A DNA stretch of 60,862 nt. It comes from Bacillus phage vB_BspP_Dartukuta. A program made the position numbers and the translations under genes. The stretch is from the sequence record MW749009.1; one strand, written 5' to 3'. This document shows, piece after piece, positions 26,797 to 37,472 of this stretch; position 1 is the first letter of the stretch; the number at the start of each line of letters is the position of its first letter. The notes beneath the pieces were generated by a model. That model was not told where the DNA came from, searched no databases, and saw only the letters and a program-made list of their open reading frames with translations.

Positions 26797-28683
26797 ATGC
26801 CACACATGCCAGGAAATGGCGCCATTTTCGGCGTTATCAGCGAGGACGGTCTAGCAAAGACTGGCTTCCCCGTGAGCCTTGTTGATAGAACCACGGGTAA
26901 ACTGGTGAGCCGACAACTGTCTGACGGAAACGGCGCGTTCGCCTTTAACGGCCTCAACCAGAACACCAATGACTATCAAGTGATTGGGCAGGACGAAGAC
27001 GGCGAAACGTACAAGAATGCGGTGATTCGTGACCGCATCCAGCCAGTGCCCGGATACCAAGGCGCAAGCTACTGGGGCAACTGGCGCTACGCTGCAATCC
27101 AGTACGGCGTCCACTCTTTCTATGACGGGCAGTTGGCCCACAACTATCTGGAAGACACCCAGTCTGGGACTGTGCCGTCGTACTCGGCGGGACAAGCACC
27201 GCGATTCCGATATTCTCCTAATAACTCGACAGGAACAGTAACGAAGCCAGTCATGGATGTTTCCATCACACAGGGAGACCCGAGCATTCCGGCCACTACG
27301 TTTGATTTGAGCACAATGACGGCCTACGGGATGACAAACCCCGCAGGAACCGTAGAGATCGACGCATTTGGAAGTCCTGCAAAGACCGCGCTAGAGCTGG
27401 TTGCTGACTTTTCTACACTTTCTTCGGAGTCTGGGTGGGCATCTTTCACTCATTCGTTATCGCACGAAAACGAAGACCCGAACACTGGAACCAATGTACC
27501 CCATGTAATTGGCCTTTACTACAACATCTCCGGGAAATACCTTCGCATTCAGGTTAACAACACCGGCGATTACCATCTACGGGCTGAACATAGAGTAAAC
27601 GTCGGCGACTTCTCAATGGAGGAGTATCAAGGCGTACATCATGTAGTGGCCTCCGCTGTGTTCGGCGAGGCGCTTAATTTGTACATCGACGGCGTTCTCG
27701 CTCATACGTTTTCTATGGTCGGAATGTCAGCCGCTTTGCGTTATAGAAACAACTCCGCTTATGGTCGAGTAGGCGGAACCCACATCCATGGGGAATACAA
27801 CCAAACCTCTAGCTCTAATCAAGGCATACATATCGCGCGTGGAATTTCTGGAAAGGTGGCTCTTCTCGCTTGGTATTCCAATGCGCTGGATGACGTTCAA
27901 GTTTTGGACTTACACCAAAGCCTAATGGTCGGGGCTGAGCCGAAGCTAACAGGCTTCGCTAAGGAAGTTTTCGCGGACCACCCCACCTTTTACGTCCGGC
28001 TGAACGAGCCAACTGGAACGACTTTCGTTCGGGACATGCTGCGCGGCCATACATCCGACGTTTTTGCCGGAAGGGTCTACGGCGAGACGCTCATGTTGCA
28101 GCCCTCCATCGTCGTTGGCGGCAACACCTTTGGGTTTAACGGTTCGTCATCCGTGCGCTTTAACTACAGCTCCCCGTCACTCTATAACTCCCAAGGGTTC
28201 ACGGTGCTGTGCGTCTTAAAGCCGGAGTTGGAAACTCCAGCTGCGACCGAGACACTGCTTAGATGCACAAACACTAGCGAGGCATACAATCACGGTGTAA
28301 TACTACAAAGGCTGGTCAATGGATGTTTAGGACTGATCTACCGCGCAGGCGGTTTGAACGAACAGATTGATTTCACTGTCCCTATTGGCACGGAGTCCAT
28401 GTGCTTAGCTGCCATTGCGATTGACAAAGTTGCCTTAACTGCCTCGCTTTTCATAAATGGCGAGTTAGCTGAGCAGCAGGTTATTGTTGGATCGTACATC
28501 GACCGACCGCCAAGCAGGGTATCTAACGCCATGTACTATCAGGCGATGATTGGAGGGATCACATCGGATACTGGGGGCATAACATCCCCTTACAGAGGAC
28601 TTCTCGGCGAACTTGCTGTCCTGCAAAACCCTATCACCGCTCAGCGGGCCAAGCAGATCTTCGACGCCACGCAGGTGGTGTAA
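26797..28683 (+). CDS. Tail-associated protein with two LamG/ConA-like lectin-type regions (628 aa), inferred
   Basis: ORF track 26575..28683; ATG at 26797 with GAGAGG upstream. Beta-rich N-terminus; two segments reminiscent of concanavalin-like lectin domains. Fold unverified. Confidence 0.45.
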   Translation: MPHMPGNGAIFGVISEDGLAKTGFPVSLVDRTTGKLVSRQLSDGNGAFAFNGLNQNTNDYQVIGQDEDGETYKNAVIRDRIQPVPGYQGASYWGNWRYAAIQYGVHSFYDGQLAHNYLEDTQSGTVPSYSAGQAPRFRYSPNNSTGTVTKPVMDVSITQGDPSIPATTFDLSTMTAYGMTNPAGTVEIDAFGSPAKTALELVADFSTLSSESGWASFTHSLSHENEDPNTGTNVPHVIGLYYNISGKYLRIQVNNTGDYHLRAEHRVNVGDFSMEEYQGVHHVVASAVFGEALNLYIDGVLAHTFSMVGMSAALRYRNNSAYGRVGGTHIHGEYNQTSSSNQGIHIARGISGKVALLAWYSNALDDVQVLDLHQSLMVGAEPKLTGFAKEVFADHPTFYVRLNEPTGTTFVRDMLRGHTSDVFAGRVYGETLMLQPSIVVGGNTFGFNGSSSVRFNYSSPSLYNSQGFTVLCVLKPELETPAATETLLRCTNTSEAYNHGVILQRLVNGCLGLIYRAGGLNEQIDFTVPIGTESMCLAAIAIDKVALTASLFINGELAEQQVIVGSYIDRPPSRVSNAMYYQAMIGGITSDTGGITSPYRGLLGELAVLQNPITAQRAKQIFDATQVV

Positions 28684-31600
28684 ATGACATTCCTCATCAC
28701 CGGCGTCACGCTGGGCGATGTCAGCGCGACAGGTGATGATTCTTACGTCAGCAATGCCGCTGACTTAGTTCTTGTGGCGTCATGGGATAGTGCGGCTATA
28801 CCTGCTCCCGTGGTGTCACCAGACGTCTCAGGCGCTTTGGTTTCGCTGGATCTCTCTGAATCCTACAAGTCGCCCGCTGGCTCTGCAGTTTCACTGACGC
28901 TCTCAGGAGCGCCATTTGTCTACGCTGGCGCTGTGGATTCCGCGCGATTCGGCATTCCTACCGCAGGCAATGCTGCGCAGGCCGCATATCCCGTAGGATG
29001 GGAGTCTTTTGCGTATGGGTTTACCACTCGCGCGACATTTGATCTGAGTTCGCGCGAGCTGCCGCTTAGCATCGAGGGCGCCTACACCTCGCCGACTGCG
29101 CTCAACGTGGGGCTGTATCTGGACGGCAAGCCGTTAGTGTCGGCTGCCTCCATTGGTGATCAGACGGAGTTCGGCTCTGCTTCGGTGGAATCGCCATTGT
29201 CGGCGCGTCCATTTGGCTTTGATGCCTCCGACCACTCTATTCCGCGCGTCCACCGAGGCGAGACGGGCGCGCGGGTAGAGCTGAGGCTGGATGCTCACTA
29301 TCAATCCCTTCATGGGTCATCGGTCAGCCTGCCGCTATCCGGTGCGCCGCTGGTGCTGGCATCTGCAGGTCTTCAGCAGTTGTTCGGCCTGCCGTCGGTG
29401 GCCAACGCATCGCAAGCATTCTACCCCTTCGGGTTCGACTCTACTGGCTTTGGCTATCGCACACGCGCGTTTCGATCTGACTTAGATAGTGGAAACCTGT
29501 CTCTCAGTTTGGAGGGCAACTACGCCCCTCCTAACGCTGCGGCCATTCAGCTGCTTTGGGCGAGCGAGTCAAAGACGCTTTCGCCCTTCGGCTTCACGGG
29601 CTTGCAGCTCGGTGAGCCTATTGTTCGGGTTGCTCAGCTCTTTCTTGAGGGGATACAGCCGCCTGCGGATGCGGTACCGGCTCCGAGCCTCAAGAACCTC
29701 AATCGCACCGTCTCACCACTGGGCACCGACTTTCTTGAGTCTGGCGCCCACCACTCGGTTGCCAATAGCGGTGTGGCGGTTCGCCCAACTGGGATTTCGC
29801 ACCCTGGACTTGGCGCTCATCGAATCTGGAACTGGCGTCAATACCGCAACATGCAGGGCTTCAACACGGCTCTGTATGGGCGCCCATACCTCCAAGGTGG
29901 TGTTAAGTACATCACGCCAAGTGGTGTCAGCACGACTGTCTATGGTCGCCCGTCTGTCGTCAATACTACAGCCGATCAGTTTGTCAGCCTTGCTGGTCGG
30001 ATAGCTCCTCCATGGGCTGGTAGGCCCGCTGTATCTCCGCGCACTGTGTTCCCCTATGGCGTACTGGGCGCTACATTCGGATCAGCGTTCGTACAGTTCC
30101 CGCCAAGGCCGGTAGGTTGGTTATCAAGCGCGTTTGGCTATCCGGTTATTGAGGATAAGACCAAGTATCTAGCTGCTGGAGGGATAGGTGCTGATGACCA
30201 GTACGGCTATCCAGTAGTTTTCGATCCAACAATTAAGGTTCTTGTTTCGTCCGTTATTCAGTCGGGCGTGTTTGGTGACACGGCAGTTAAGAACAACCGC
30301 TTTGTTCTGAATGCTGAGGGCATTGATAGCGCAAGCGTTTCGCCTTGGGCAACGCTTAGGAACACCAGAAGACTTACCTATGCGAGCGGCTGGCGCTCAC
30401 TTGATTTTGGCGAGAGCAGTGTTACCAATAAAACGCCAAGCATTGCACCAGTAGGCTTTGATGCGCTAAGACTGCCGAACCCAGCAGAAATAGGTATCAG
30501 CTACGCAGTTAGGTTGATCTACACAAGCGGGATCAACAAAGGCGGCATAGGTGTCGCGACTCTAACCAAGACGCCAGAGATTGCACCGAAAGGCATAGCT
30601 GCGCCTACTTTGGGTTTGACGACTGTATGGCACAGAGTAAGAACACTAGAAGTTCGTGGCGCAGACGCATACAAGTCCGGCAGTGCAGATGTTTGGTTTA
30701 GGTATCGCTTCGTACAGCTACAAGATCGCGGCTGGAACGGCTCAGCATACGGCGCGCCAAGGCTAGAACACGAACACAGGGCTATCAATGGTCTAGGAGC
30801 AGACAGCCTAAGATCAGGCACGCCTTATATCGGGCTGAGAAATAGAACGATTGCGCCTGAATCAGCGTGGGAAGACTTTGCTACAGGCCACATGGTTGGT
30901 GGTCTACGGTTCTTGCGCCCAGTTGGATATGAGGCTACGCGCTGGGGTACGCGGATCATTCCTGAAATAACTCAGGTCTATGTAAGAGGGTTTTCAAACA
31001 GCTACGGCATACCCACGCTGAGGAACAATACTAATCTTATCCTTCCGGCAGGTATCACGACAACGCCTGATCCAGTAGATCAATGGGGAACCGCAAAACT
31101 CCACAACAGCAGGCAGTTCGTGTCAATGTTCTATGACGTTGATAGCGAATTAAACCCTCCTAAGTGGTCGCAGTGGACGCTGATTGAGAACAGGAATAAA
31201 TACTTAGCTACTACTGGCAACGAGATGTTGCGTATCGGTAGATCAGTAGTCGCCAATGCTGCTACAGCAGTTATCCCCTCCGCAATACTTGCGCCGGAGT
31301 GGAGTAAGGCGAGTGCTTCAGGGATGGTCGCGTTCCGTATAAGACCGCTAAACCTTGACTCTATCGAGCCGCCATACTTCAGCGGGTGGCTAAATATATA
31401 CAACGATGCCCCTGTGCTTGGATCTAAAGGTTTCAATGCAGAGAGCTTCGGCGTATCAGTTGTTGAAAATACGCGCAGGACATTTAAGTTCCAAGGCTTT
31501 GATAGTGCATGGTTCGGCTACCCAATGGTTGCGTTCAGGATCCGGCACATTAAGTTTGAGGGTCGCTACACGATTGCGCCACCGCCTATCAGGATGCAAG

Positions 31601-33066
31601 AGGTCAAGCTGTACACACGCTACCTAGATCCTATTGGGTACGAGACTTACGGTTCTGGCGCTCAGTCGCTAAGTATCCACTGGACGCTAATCACACCACG
31701 ATGGACTCATCAAGACCTGTTTGGAGAACCTAGAGTTCATAACGTAACACCTGAAGTGAAAACGCGAGGCAGGGTATCCGAAGAGTTCGGTAATGCTTTC
31801 GTGCGCCTTGAATGGAGAGAACTAATCACTCATGAAGCATTCACGCAGATCATCCCTAAGCCTATCGTGGCTTTCAGGGATCGCGCTATCGAAGTGAATG
31901 GCATCCGGTCAATGGTATTCGGTGACAAGCTAAAGGTAACGAAAACAGGCGCGCCACCTTACTCAGACCAGCTAATCATTCTTGCTAATGCTGACGTTAC
32001 TAAGAACGGTTACGGGATTGAGGTGCCTAAAGATCAGGTTCCTAAACCAATCATGAATCAACAGGTTCTATACCATCGCTCTGATTCAGTGATGACAAAA
32101 TTCGGATCACTTAGAATTACTGCCAACATGATTCGTGTTGAGCCAGGATTCCAAGAGCTTAGCGTAGGTGAGCCTATGGTTAGCTTGAAGATTAGAACCG
32201 TTGAGGTTAAAGAGTTTCCAGGAGATCAGATTTTTCAGCCATCAAAGCCGCGCCTGTCACCTCATACAATCTGGGCTGTGAAAGAAGCGCCTGCGCAAGC
32301 TAAGGTAAATCACACCTCTTCTTCATTGCACTATGTTGATGAATATCCTGGCAGTGGATGGAGAAAGGGATTTGGCAGGCCATCCGTGTTTCTTTATACC
32401 GGACTTGTTAATACAAGAGGGGCAAACCATGCTGCTGTAGGTAAGCCCAGTGCTTATAACGCCTTGTCTTATATCAGGCCGAAAGGCATAAAATTAGACC
32501 GTTATGGGTGGCACACAGTACCTGGCGAGCAAATATCTGAGCAGATCAATTCATCCGATACAATGGTATTTGGTATTACAAAAGTTGGCAGGCCGCCTTA
32601 TGTTGGGCCACAAACAATAGCTGCGAAGGGTTTATCTGCTATTTTTTGGGGAGCTAGCGACATACAGCTATTACACAGGCAAATCTACCCTAGAGGGCAC
32701 TTGTCTATGGCAATGGGTACAAGACGTGGAGGAGATAGTCCGTATATGTGGCAAGGGTTGAGAATAGGCGAGCTGATGCCGACCATACCTGAAGGTTTTT
32801 CAGCTGAGCTAATCGGTGAGCCTTGGCTTTCATTTAGAGTTCGCGAAGTTAATCCCGATGGGTACGATGCGTTTATATCTGATTACGACCTAACTGCTTT
32901 CTCTAGGCGCATGAAAGTATTCCGTAAAGAAGTACCTAGCAGCGTAGATCACATAAAACCTGAAGGCTTTGATGCTTTTGCTTCGAGTGCTTCTGACGTT
33001 AAACCATTAGCGCACTTTATCCGGCCTGATGGAAACAGCGACCAATATCGTAAAGGAGCCTTCTAA
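28684..33066 (+). CDS. Large repetitive virion protein (1460 aa) with >20 F/Y-G-x-P motifs
   Basis: Recurrent FGYPVI, YGRPYL, FGEPRV, FGRPSV, YGIPTL motifs at ~30-60 aa spacing; start overlaps the upstream stop (TAAATG). Confidence 0.55.
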   Translation: MTFLITGVTLGDVSATGDDSYVSNAADLVLVASWDSAAIPAPVVSPDVSGALVSLDLSESYKSPAGSAVSLTLSGAPFVYAGAVDSARFGIPTAGNAAQAAYPVGWESFAYGFTTRATFDLSSRELPLSIEGAYTSPTALNVGLYLDGKPLVSAASIGDQTEFGSASVESPLSARPFGFDASDHSIPRVHRGETGARVELRLDAHYQSLHGSSVSLPLSGAPLVLASAGLQQLFGLPSVANASQAFYPFGFDSTGFGYRTRAFRSDLDSGNLSLSLEGNYAPPNAAAIQLLWASESKTLSPFGFTGLQLGEPIVRVAQLFLEGIQPPADAVPAPSLKNLNRTVSPLGTDFLESGAHHSVANSGVAVRPTGISHPGLGAHRIWNWRQYRNMQGFNTALYGRPYLQGGVKYITPSGVSTTVYGRPSVVNTTADQFVSLAGRIAPPWAGRPAVSPRTVFPYGVLGATFGSAFVQFPPRPVGWLSSAFGYPVIEDKTKYLAAGGIGADDQYGYPVVFDPTIKVLVSSVIQSGVFGDTAVKNNRFVLNAEGIDSASVSPWATLRNTRRLTYASGWRSLDFGESSVTNKTPSIAPVGFDALRLPNPAEIGISYAVRLIYTSGINKGGIGVATLTKTPEIAPKGIAAPTLGLTTVWHRVRTLEVRGADAYKSGSADVWFRYRFVQLQDRGWNGSAYGAPRLEHEHRAINGLGADSLRSGTPYIGLRNRTIAPESAWEDFATGHMVGGLRFLRPVGYEATRWGTRIIPEITQVYVRGFSNSYGIPTLRNNTNLILPAGITTTPDPVDQWGTAKLHNSRQFVSMFYDVDSELNPPKWSQWTLIENRNKYLATTGNEMLRIGRSVVANAATAVIPSAILAPEWSKASASGMVAFRIRPLNLDSIEPPYFSGWLNIYNDAPVLGSKGFNAESFGVSVVENTRRTFKFQGFDSAWFGYPMVAFRIRHIKFEGRYTIAPPPIRMQEVKLYTRYLDPIGYETYGSGAQSLSIHWTLITPRWTHQDLFGEPRVHNVTPEVKTRGRVSEEFGNAFVRLEWRELITHEAFTQIIPKPIVAFRDRAIEVNGIRSMVFGDKLKVTKTGAPPYSDQLIILANADVTKNGYGIEVPKDQVPKPIMNQQVLYHRSDSVMTKFGSLRITANMIRVEPGFQELSVGEPMVSLKIRTVEVKEFPGDQIFQPSKPRLSPHTIWAVKEAPAQAKVNHTSSSLHYVDEYPGSGWRKGFGRPSVFLYTGLVNTRGANHAAVGKPSAYNALSYIRPKGIKLDRYGWHTVPGEQISEQINSSDTMVFGITKVGRPPYVGPQTIAAKGLSAIFWGASDIQLLHRQIYPRGHLSMAMGTRRGGDSPYMWQGLRIGELMPTIPEGFSAELIGEPWLSFRVREVNPDGYDAFISDYDLTAFSRRMKVFRKEVPSSVDHIKPEGFDAFASSASDVKPLAHFIRPDGNSDQYRKGAF

Positions 33067-34256
33067 TGGCAGATTTACCACTGATGCCGCTTGCCGGTAT
33101 GAACAATGTAGCTGAAGAAGCAGCCTTAATGCGTGGCGGCGACTCGCCAGCAGTGTTTGCGCGAGACGTTGTGAATATCAATGTGTCGCCAGCAGGAAAG
33201 GCAATGCTAAGAGACTGCGCGCACCGCGTTAGCACGCTGAAGATCAGGGAGCTATGGCAAAGCCCGTTACATCGAGAGTCGTTCGGTGCGGTTGGTGACG
33301 AGTGGGGAAAGGTTGGCGCATTAAGCTGGTCGTTTGATCCTATGGTCAGTATCGGTAACGGTCCAGTGTCGCATGAAGTGTTGAACAACCTTGTTTGCGT
33401 GGCTGGCGACTCCGGCATATTTACCTATGACGGCAGAACTTCTCAAAAGCTAACGATTGAAAACCCACCCGCACCACTCGTGATAACTGGAAGCGGCTCA
33501 ATGGTTGCTGGTATGTACGGCGTGTCGGTGGCATGGCTTAGGGGGGCTACCGAGTCAGCACCTTCTGCAATCGCGTTTACGGACGTTCCTGATGAAGGCG
33601 GTATGCAAATTATTCTGCCGATGTGCCTTGATGACAGCGTGACAGGTGTGCGGCTGTACATGACACGCCAAAACGGTGGAGAGCTTGCAAGAGTCGGTGA
33701 TTACCAGATTGACGCAACAACCGTTGATATTCCGGCTTTGCCTAAACTTGGCGCGCCACCGCAGTTTCTTAATAAGTCGCCAATGCCTACAGGTAAGTAT
33801 CTGAAGTATTGGCGAGGCCGTCTGCTTACTTCCCGCGCCAATGTGCTTCGCTTTTCTGAGTCTATGGCCTATCACTTGCACGATGAGCGCCACGGGTTCG
33901 TACAGATGCCACAGCGCATAACCTTTGTTGAGCCTGTGGATGGCGGGATATGGATTGGCCAAGTCGATCACGTTGCCTTCCTCGAAGGCGCAACACCTGA
34001 CGAGCTTGTCATGCAAAGAAAGACCGCTTGCGCACCAGTGGCCGGTAGTTCAATTCAAGTGCTGGCCGACACGATTGGTGGCGAGCTTTCACAGGGCGGA
34101 TCTGCCACTGTGTTATGGCTCGCAGAGAATGGTTATGTAGCTGGCACAGCAAGCGGCCAAGTGGTTGAAATGCAGACAGGCGTTATGAAAGGTATCACCG
34201 CAGAAAACGGCACTTCTGTAGTGCTGGATCGCAGAGTGCTTACCGCTGTAACCTAG
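33066..34256 (+). CDS. Hypothetical virion protein (396 aa)
   Basis: ORF track; overlapping start (TAATG) with the upstream gene. Confidence 0.45.
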   Translation: MADLPLMPLAGMNNVAEEAALMRGGDSPAVFARDVVNINVSPAGKAMLRDCAHRVSTLKIRELWQSPLHRESFGAVGDEWGKVGALSWSFDPMVSIGNGPVSHEVLNNLVCVAGDSGIFTYDGRTSQKLTIENPPAPLVITGSGSMVAGMYGVSVAWLRGATESAPSAIAFTDVPDEGGMQIILPMCLDDSVTGVRLYMTRQNGGELARVGDYQIDATTVDIPALPKLGAPPQFLNKSPMPTGKYLKYWRGRLLTSRANVLRFSESMAYHLHDERHGFVQMPQRITFVEPVDGGIWIGQVDHVAFLEGATPDELVMQRKTACAPVAGSSIQVLADTIGGELSQGGSATVLWLAENGYVAGTASGQVVEMQTGVMKGITAENGTSVVLDRRVLTAVT

Positions 34257-34325
34257 AACAAGTTGGCGTAAAGCCTTTTTTTAACGCTGCGCAAGAGTGC
34301 GGCATAGGAACTAATGGAGTCTCCT

Positions 34326-34862
34326 ATGACCATGCACGAAAAAAATGATCAACATGAAGCAGCGTTTGCCGGCGCATTGGCCGCAGGTGAATACTACGAC
34401 CGAGTGAACGGTGGCGAATGGGTGCTCAATCGCAACCTGCTGCCCACTGAAGGTCTTTCGCATATTCTCAACGTAGCGCTTGGAACCACGGCAAAACCTG
34501 CAAGCTATCACCTTGCCTTGTTTAGCGGTAGCGCTGCGCCTGCTCCTAACTGGACAGCTGCAAACTTTGCCTCGGTTGCCTCGGAAATTGTCAGCATGAC
34601 CGAAGGCTACACAAGCCCAACACGCCCAGCATGGACGCCAGTGAACACTGCTACAGGCTCGATTGACAACATGGTCACTGTGGCATCGGTAACTATTGCA
34701 ACTACGTCACAGCTAAACGTGACTGGTGCGGCATTGCTGACTAACAGCACTAAAGGCGGCACTACTGGCGCGCTAATTTCAGCAAGCAAGTATGCAGCGC
34801 CTCGCGTGTTCCAAGATGGTGACTTGTACGAGATTGGTTACCGCGTGAGCTTAACGGTCTAA
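34326..34862 (+). CDS. Hypothetical virion protein (~178 aa)
   Basis: ORF track 34314..34862; ATG at 34326 has a better-spaced GGAG. Confidence 0.45.
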   Translation: MTMHEKNDQHEAAFAGALAAGEYYDRVNGGEWVLNRNLLPTEGLSHILNVALGTTAKPASYHLALFSGSAAPAPNWTAANFASVASEIVSMTEGYTSPTRPAWTPVNTATGSIDNMVTVASVTIATTSQLNVTGAALLTNSTKGGTTGALISASKYAAPRVFQDGDLYEIGYRVSLTV

Positions 34863-34865
34863 GCC

Positions 34866-37472
34866 ATGCACGAACCACGCCCTCACGGCCTAGCGGCTGT
34901 GGGCGGCGAGCCAACAGAAGAAGACTCTGCAGCGGTAGAGCTTCTGGCGCGCCGTCTAACAAACCTACGAAATCTATCAGGCGTTGACAGCTTGAGGATG
35001 GTTCGTGAGTTACCGAGTGGCGGTTACGTTATCGCTCAAAACATGGGCGGAGTTTTCAAGGCGATCACACATAAGCCAGAAACACCACCAGAACCAGAAC
35101 CGTTTGACGGCATTGCTAAAGATTACATACCGATGCTGTTTAGCGGCGTTGTTACTAAGGCTGTTCTTCGTGACGATGAAGGTCTTGGCATAAAGCTGAC
35201 TGAGCAGTGTAGACGGCGTATCGCTGGATACAAATCTAAAAACTTACCGGCAAAACAAGTTGAGCTGAAGCGCTTTAGTATCGAATATCACACAATGTGT
35301 GATGAATTAAAGCCTTTGAACCTTGGTCCTTTCAAGTACACGCAGTATGTTGCACAGAGGCCAACATGGTACAGCGGTGCTATGGCAGAGGTAATGCAGA
35401 TCGTTGGTGGCTATGGCAGGCAGGATCTGGAAGATCTGCCAGACAGTCGGATTGAGAGATCTAGGCTTGCACTGCCTAATAAAGTACAACGGAAAATTGC
35501 ACTCGACCTTGGGAATTTAAGACTACCAGGGTATACCGGATTACCTGACAAAAAGGGTCAGTTCAGGTACGACTACAAGTTCAACAATACAAATGGAGTT
35601 GGCTTTGACGAGCTGGGCAAGCCTTGGCTGCTTAGAGTTAGTTCTTCTGGCGTACATGCGATGCCGCTACCAATAGTTCCAGCAACAATCACTAACGCGT
35701 TCAGAGAGTGGATTGAAGAAGTTGGGGACGATGAGATTCTGAAGATTCTTGACCGTTTTGGCGGGATGCCAAGCGGAGAGGGTTTTCCTATCTTATCTAA
35801 AGACTTTGAGGCATGGCGCAGAGCTGGTGTGATTATTAAGGTGTGCGATACATCGGACTTCTATCAACACATCATGTATTCGAGCGCTATAGGCTGGTCT
35901 TTCAATAGCGAAGGATCTGAAGGCTATAACACTTGTTACGACTACTACGATGAAGAAGGCTTAGGTTACGGCCTTGCCTACAAAATGAGCCTTACGCTTG
36001 GTTCTGCAAAGAACAGTGGGAAATTGCCGCCATCATTCGACCTTGATTCATCGGAGGAGGCAAGAAGACTTGATGCGTACCTTAGCGGTCTTTACAGGCA
36101 GATGGGTGACAACGATTCTGAGCACTTGGCGATCAAGTATAAGTTAAGGCGAGTGCCCGTGTCCGAGATATTGGCGCGCGCTCGTGAGGGCGTTTCAGGT
36201 AAAGCCGAGCTTGATTACTGGAATCGAAAAGAACTTGATCCAATAGCTGTTCATTCAGGAAGTGTCTCAGAAGTGTCTAGGGGTTATCTGTATAACGGCG
36301 CAAAGTTCATGTTTCAGCCGCAGATAAAATACCCTGAGCCTTTCGCTGGCGGTTGCGTATCCCATGACTTCCTACCACTAATCAACGGGCGCTATAAAGA
36401 GTCGTACCCGAACAGTGACACAATAATGTTCGGCTACTACGCTGGCGATGAGTTAAAGGTTGTTAAGTATTTCAGAGAGCGCGGAAGCTACAAAAAAGAA
36501 GTTGATAGTGATTTTGAAGAGTGTATGACCGTTGGCTCATGGACTGAAGTAGTTACCCAAGGTAGCACGCAAATACTAGGCAATTTCTACACAAGCGACA
36601 TTGATGAGAGGCAAGAGGTCGCAGACACCACTACTACTACCAAGATAAGAGGCATAGACAAGGGTTACGACAGGGAGCCTGCTTTTTCTTTTGACGCTTT
36701 CTTCTCGATGTGCGGCTCTATGTGGCGGAATAGGTACTTTGAGCGCCAAACTGAGACGTTCAGGACAGAAGGCAACTGGCTAGAAGTAGCGGTTTGTATC
36801 CCGTATCTCGATAGGAATGCGCTAATACATGCTAAGCGTTCAGGAATAACAGGATCGCTGAAAACAACGGGTAACAGCCTGCTATCAGTAAGGGACCCTA
36901 ATAGTTATAGGTATTTCACTTACGATTTTGTTATGCACTGGGTAGGTTGTAGCACAGAGGGCAATGCTGGCTACGCCCCTAACGTCAATCCGTACCCTAG
37001 AGACGGTAACCCTGTTTGGGTGACTGGGTATAACTATAATCCTGGTGGTTGCTCCGACTTTGCTGATCAGGGCGACTGGGTAGGAGGGCTTCCTTCTGAC
37101 TACACATGGCTTATTCATCCTAACCGTAATGAGTGGCGCTTTAGTGGAGGTGGTGGCGCACCAGTAATTAAAAGGTACTCGACAAGCGTAAAAGGGGAGG
37201 CGAAAACCGAAGGCGACTTGAAGTATAGCGGCGCTTCCTCTGAGCAGCTAATAAACAAGGAAATCCCAAATAATATGTATTTCCTTGGATCACCCGATCC
37301 TTACGTTGGTGTGTTCTACCGCGATGGCTGCAAGAACCAGTTTGGCGACTCTGAATACGCAAACATTTCGGAACCTGAGTCTGCTGGTAGCCCATACAGA
37401 AAGCGCTGGGGGCATAGCTCGTTGGTCGATAACAAGTCAGCGCACCACTTTATAGGAGTTATCAATGAGTAG
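34866..37472 (+). CDS. Large virion protein (868 aa), aromatic/Gly-rich
   Basis: ORF track; in-line with the structural module; no family recognised. Confidence 0.5.
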   Translation: MHEPRPHGLAAVGGEPTEEDSAAVELLARRLTNLRNLSGVDSLRMVRELPSGGYVIAQNMGGVFKAITHKPETPPEPEPFDGIAKDYIPMLFSGVVTKAVLRDDEGLGIKLTEQCRRRIAGYKSKNLPAKQVELKRFSIEYHTMCDELKPLNLGPFKYTQYVAQRPTWYSGAMAEVMQIVGGYGRQDLEDLPDSRIERSRLALPNKVQRKIALDLGNLRLPGYTGLPDKKGQFRYDYKFNNTNGVGFDELGKPWLLRVSSSGVHAMPLPIVPATITNAFREWIEEVGDDEILKILDRFGGMPSGEGFPILSKDFEAWRRAGVIIKVCDTSDFYQHIMYSSAIGWSFNSEGSEGYNTCYDYYDEEGLGYGLAYKMSLTLGSAKNSGKLPPSFDLDSSEEARRLDAYLSGLYRQMGDNDSEHLAIKYKLRRVPVSEILARAREGVSGKAELDYWNRKELDPIAVHSGSVSEVSRGYLYNGAKFMFQPQIKYPEPFAGGCVSHDFLPLINGRYKESYPNSDTIMFGYYAGDELKVVKYFRERGSYKKEVDSDFEECMTVGSWTEVVTQGSTQILGNFYTSDIDERQEVADTTTTTKIRGIDKGYDREPAFSFDAFFSMCGSMWRNRYFERQTETFRTEGNWLEVAVCIPYLDRNALIHAKRSGITGSLKTTGNSLLSVRDPNSYRYFTYDFVMHWVGCSTEGNAGYAPNVNPYPRDGNPVWVTGYNYNPGGCSDFADQGDWVGGLPSDYTWLIHPNRNEWRFSGGGGAPVIKRYSTSVKGEAKTEGDLKYSGASSEQLINKEIPNNMYFLGSPDPYVGVFYRDGCKNQFGDSEYANISEPESAGSPYRKRWGHSSLVDNKSAHHFIGVINE

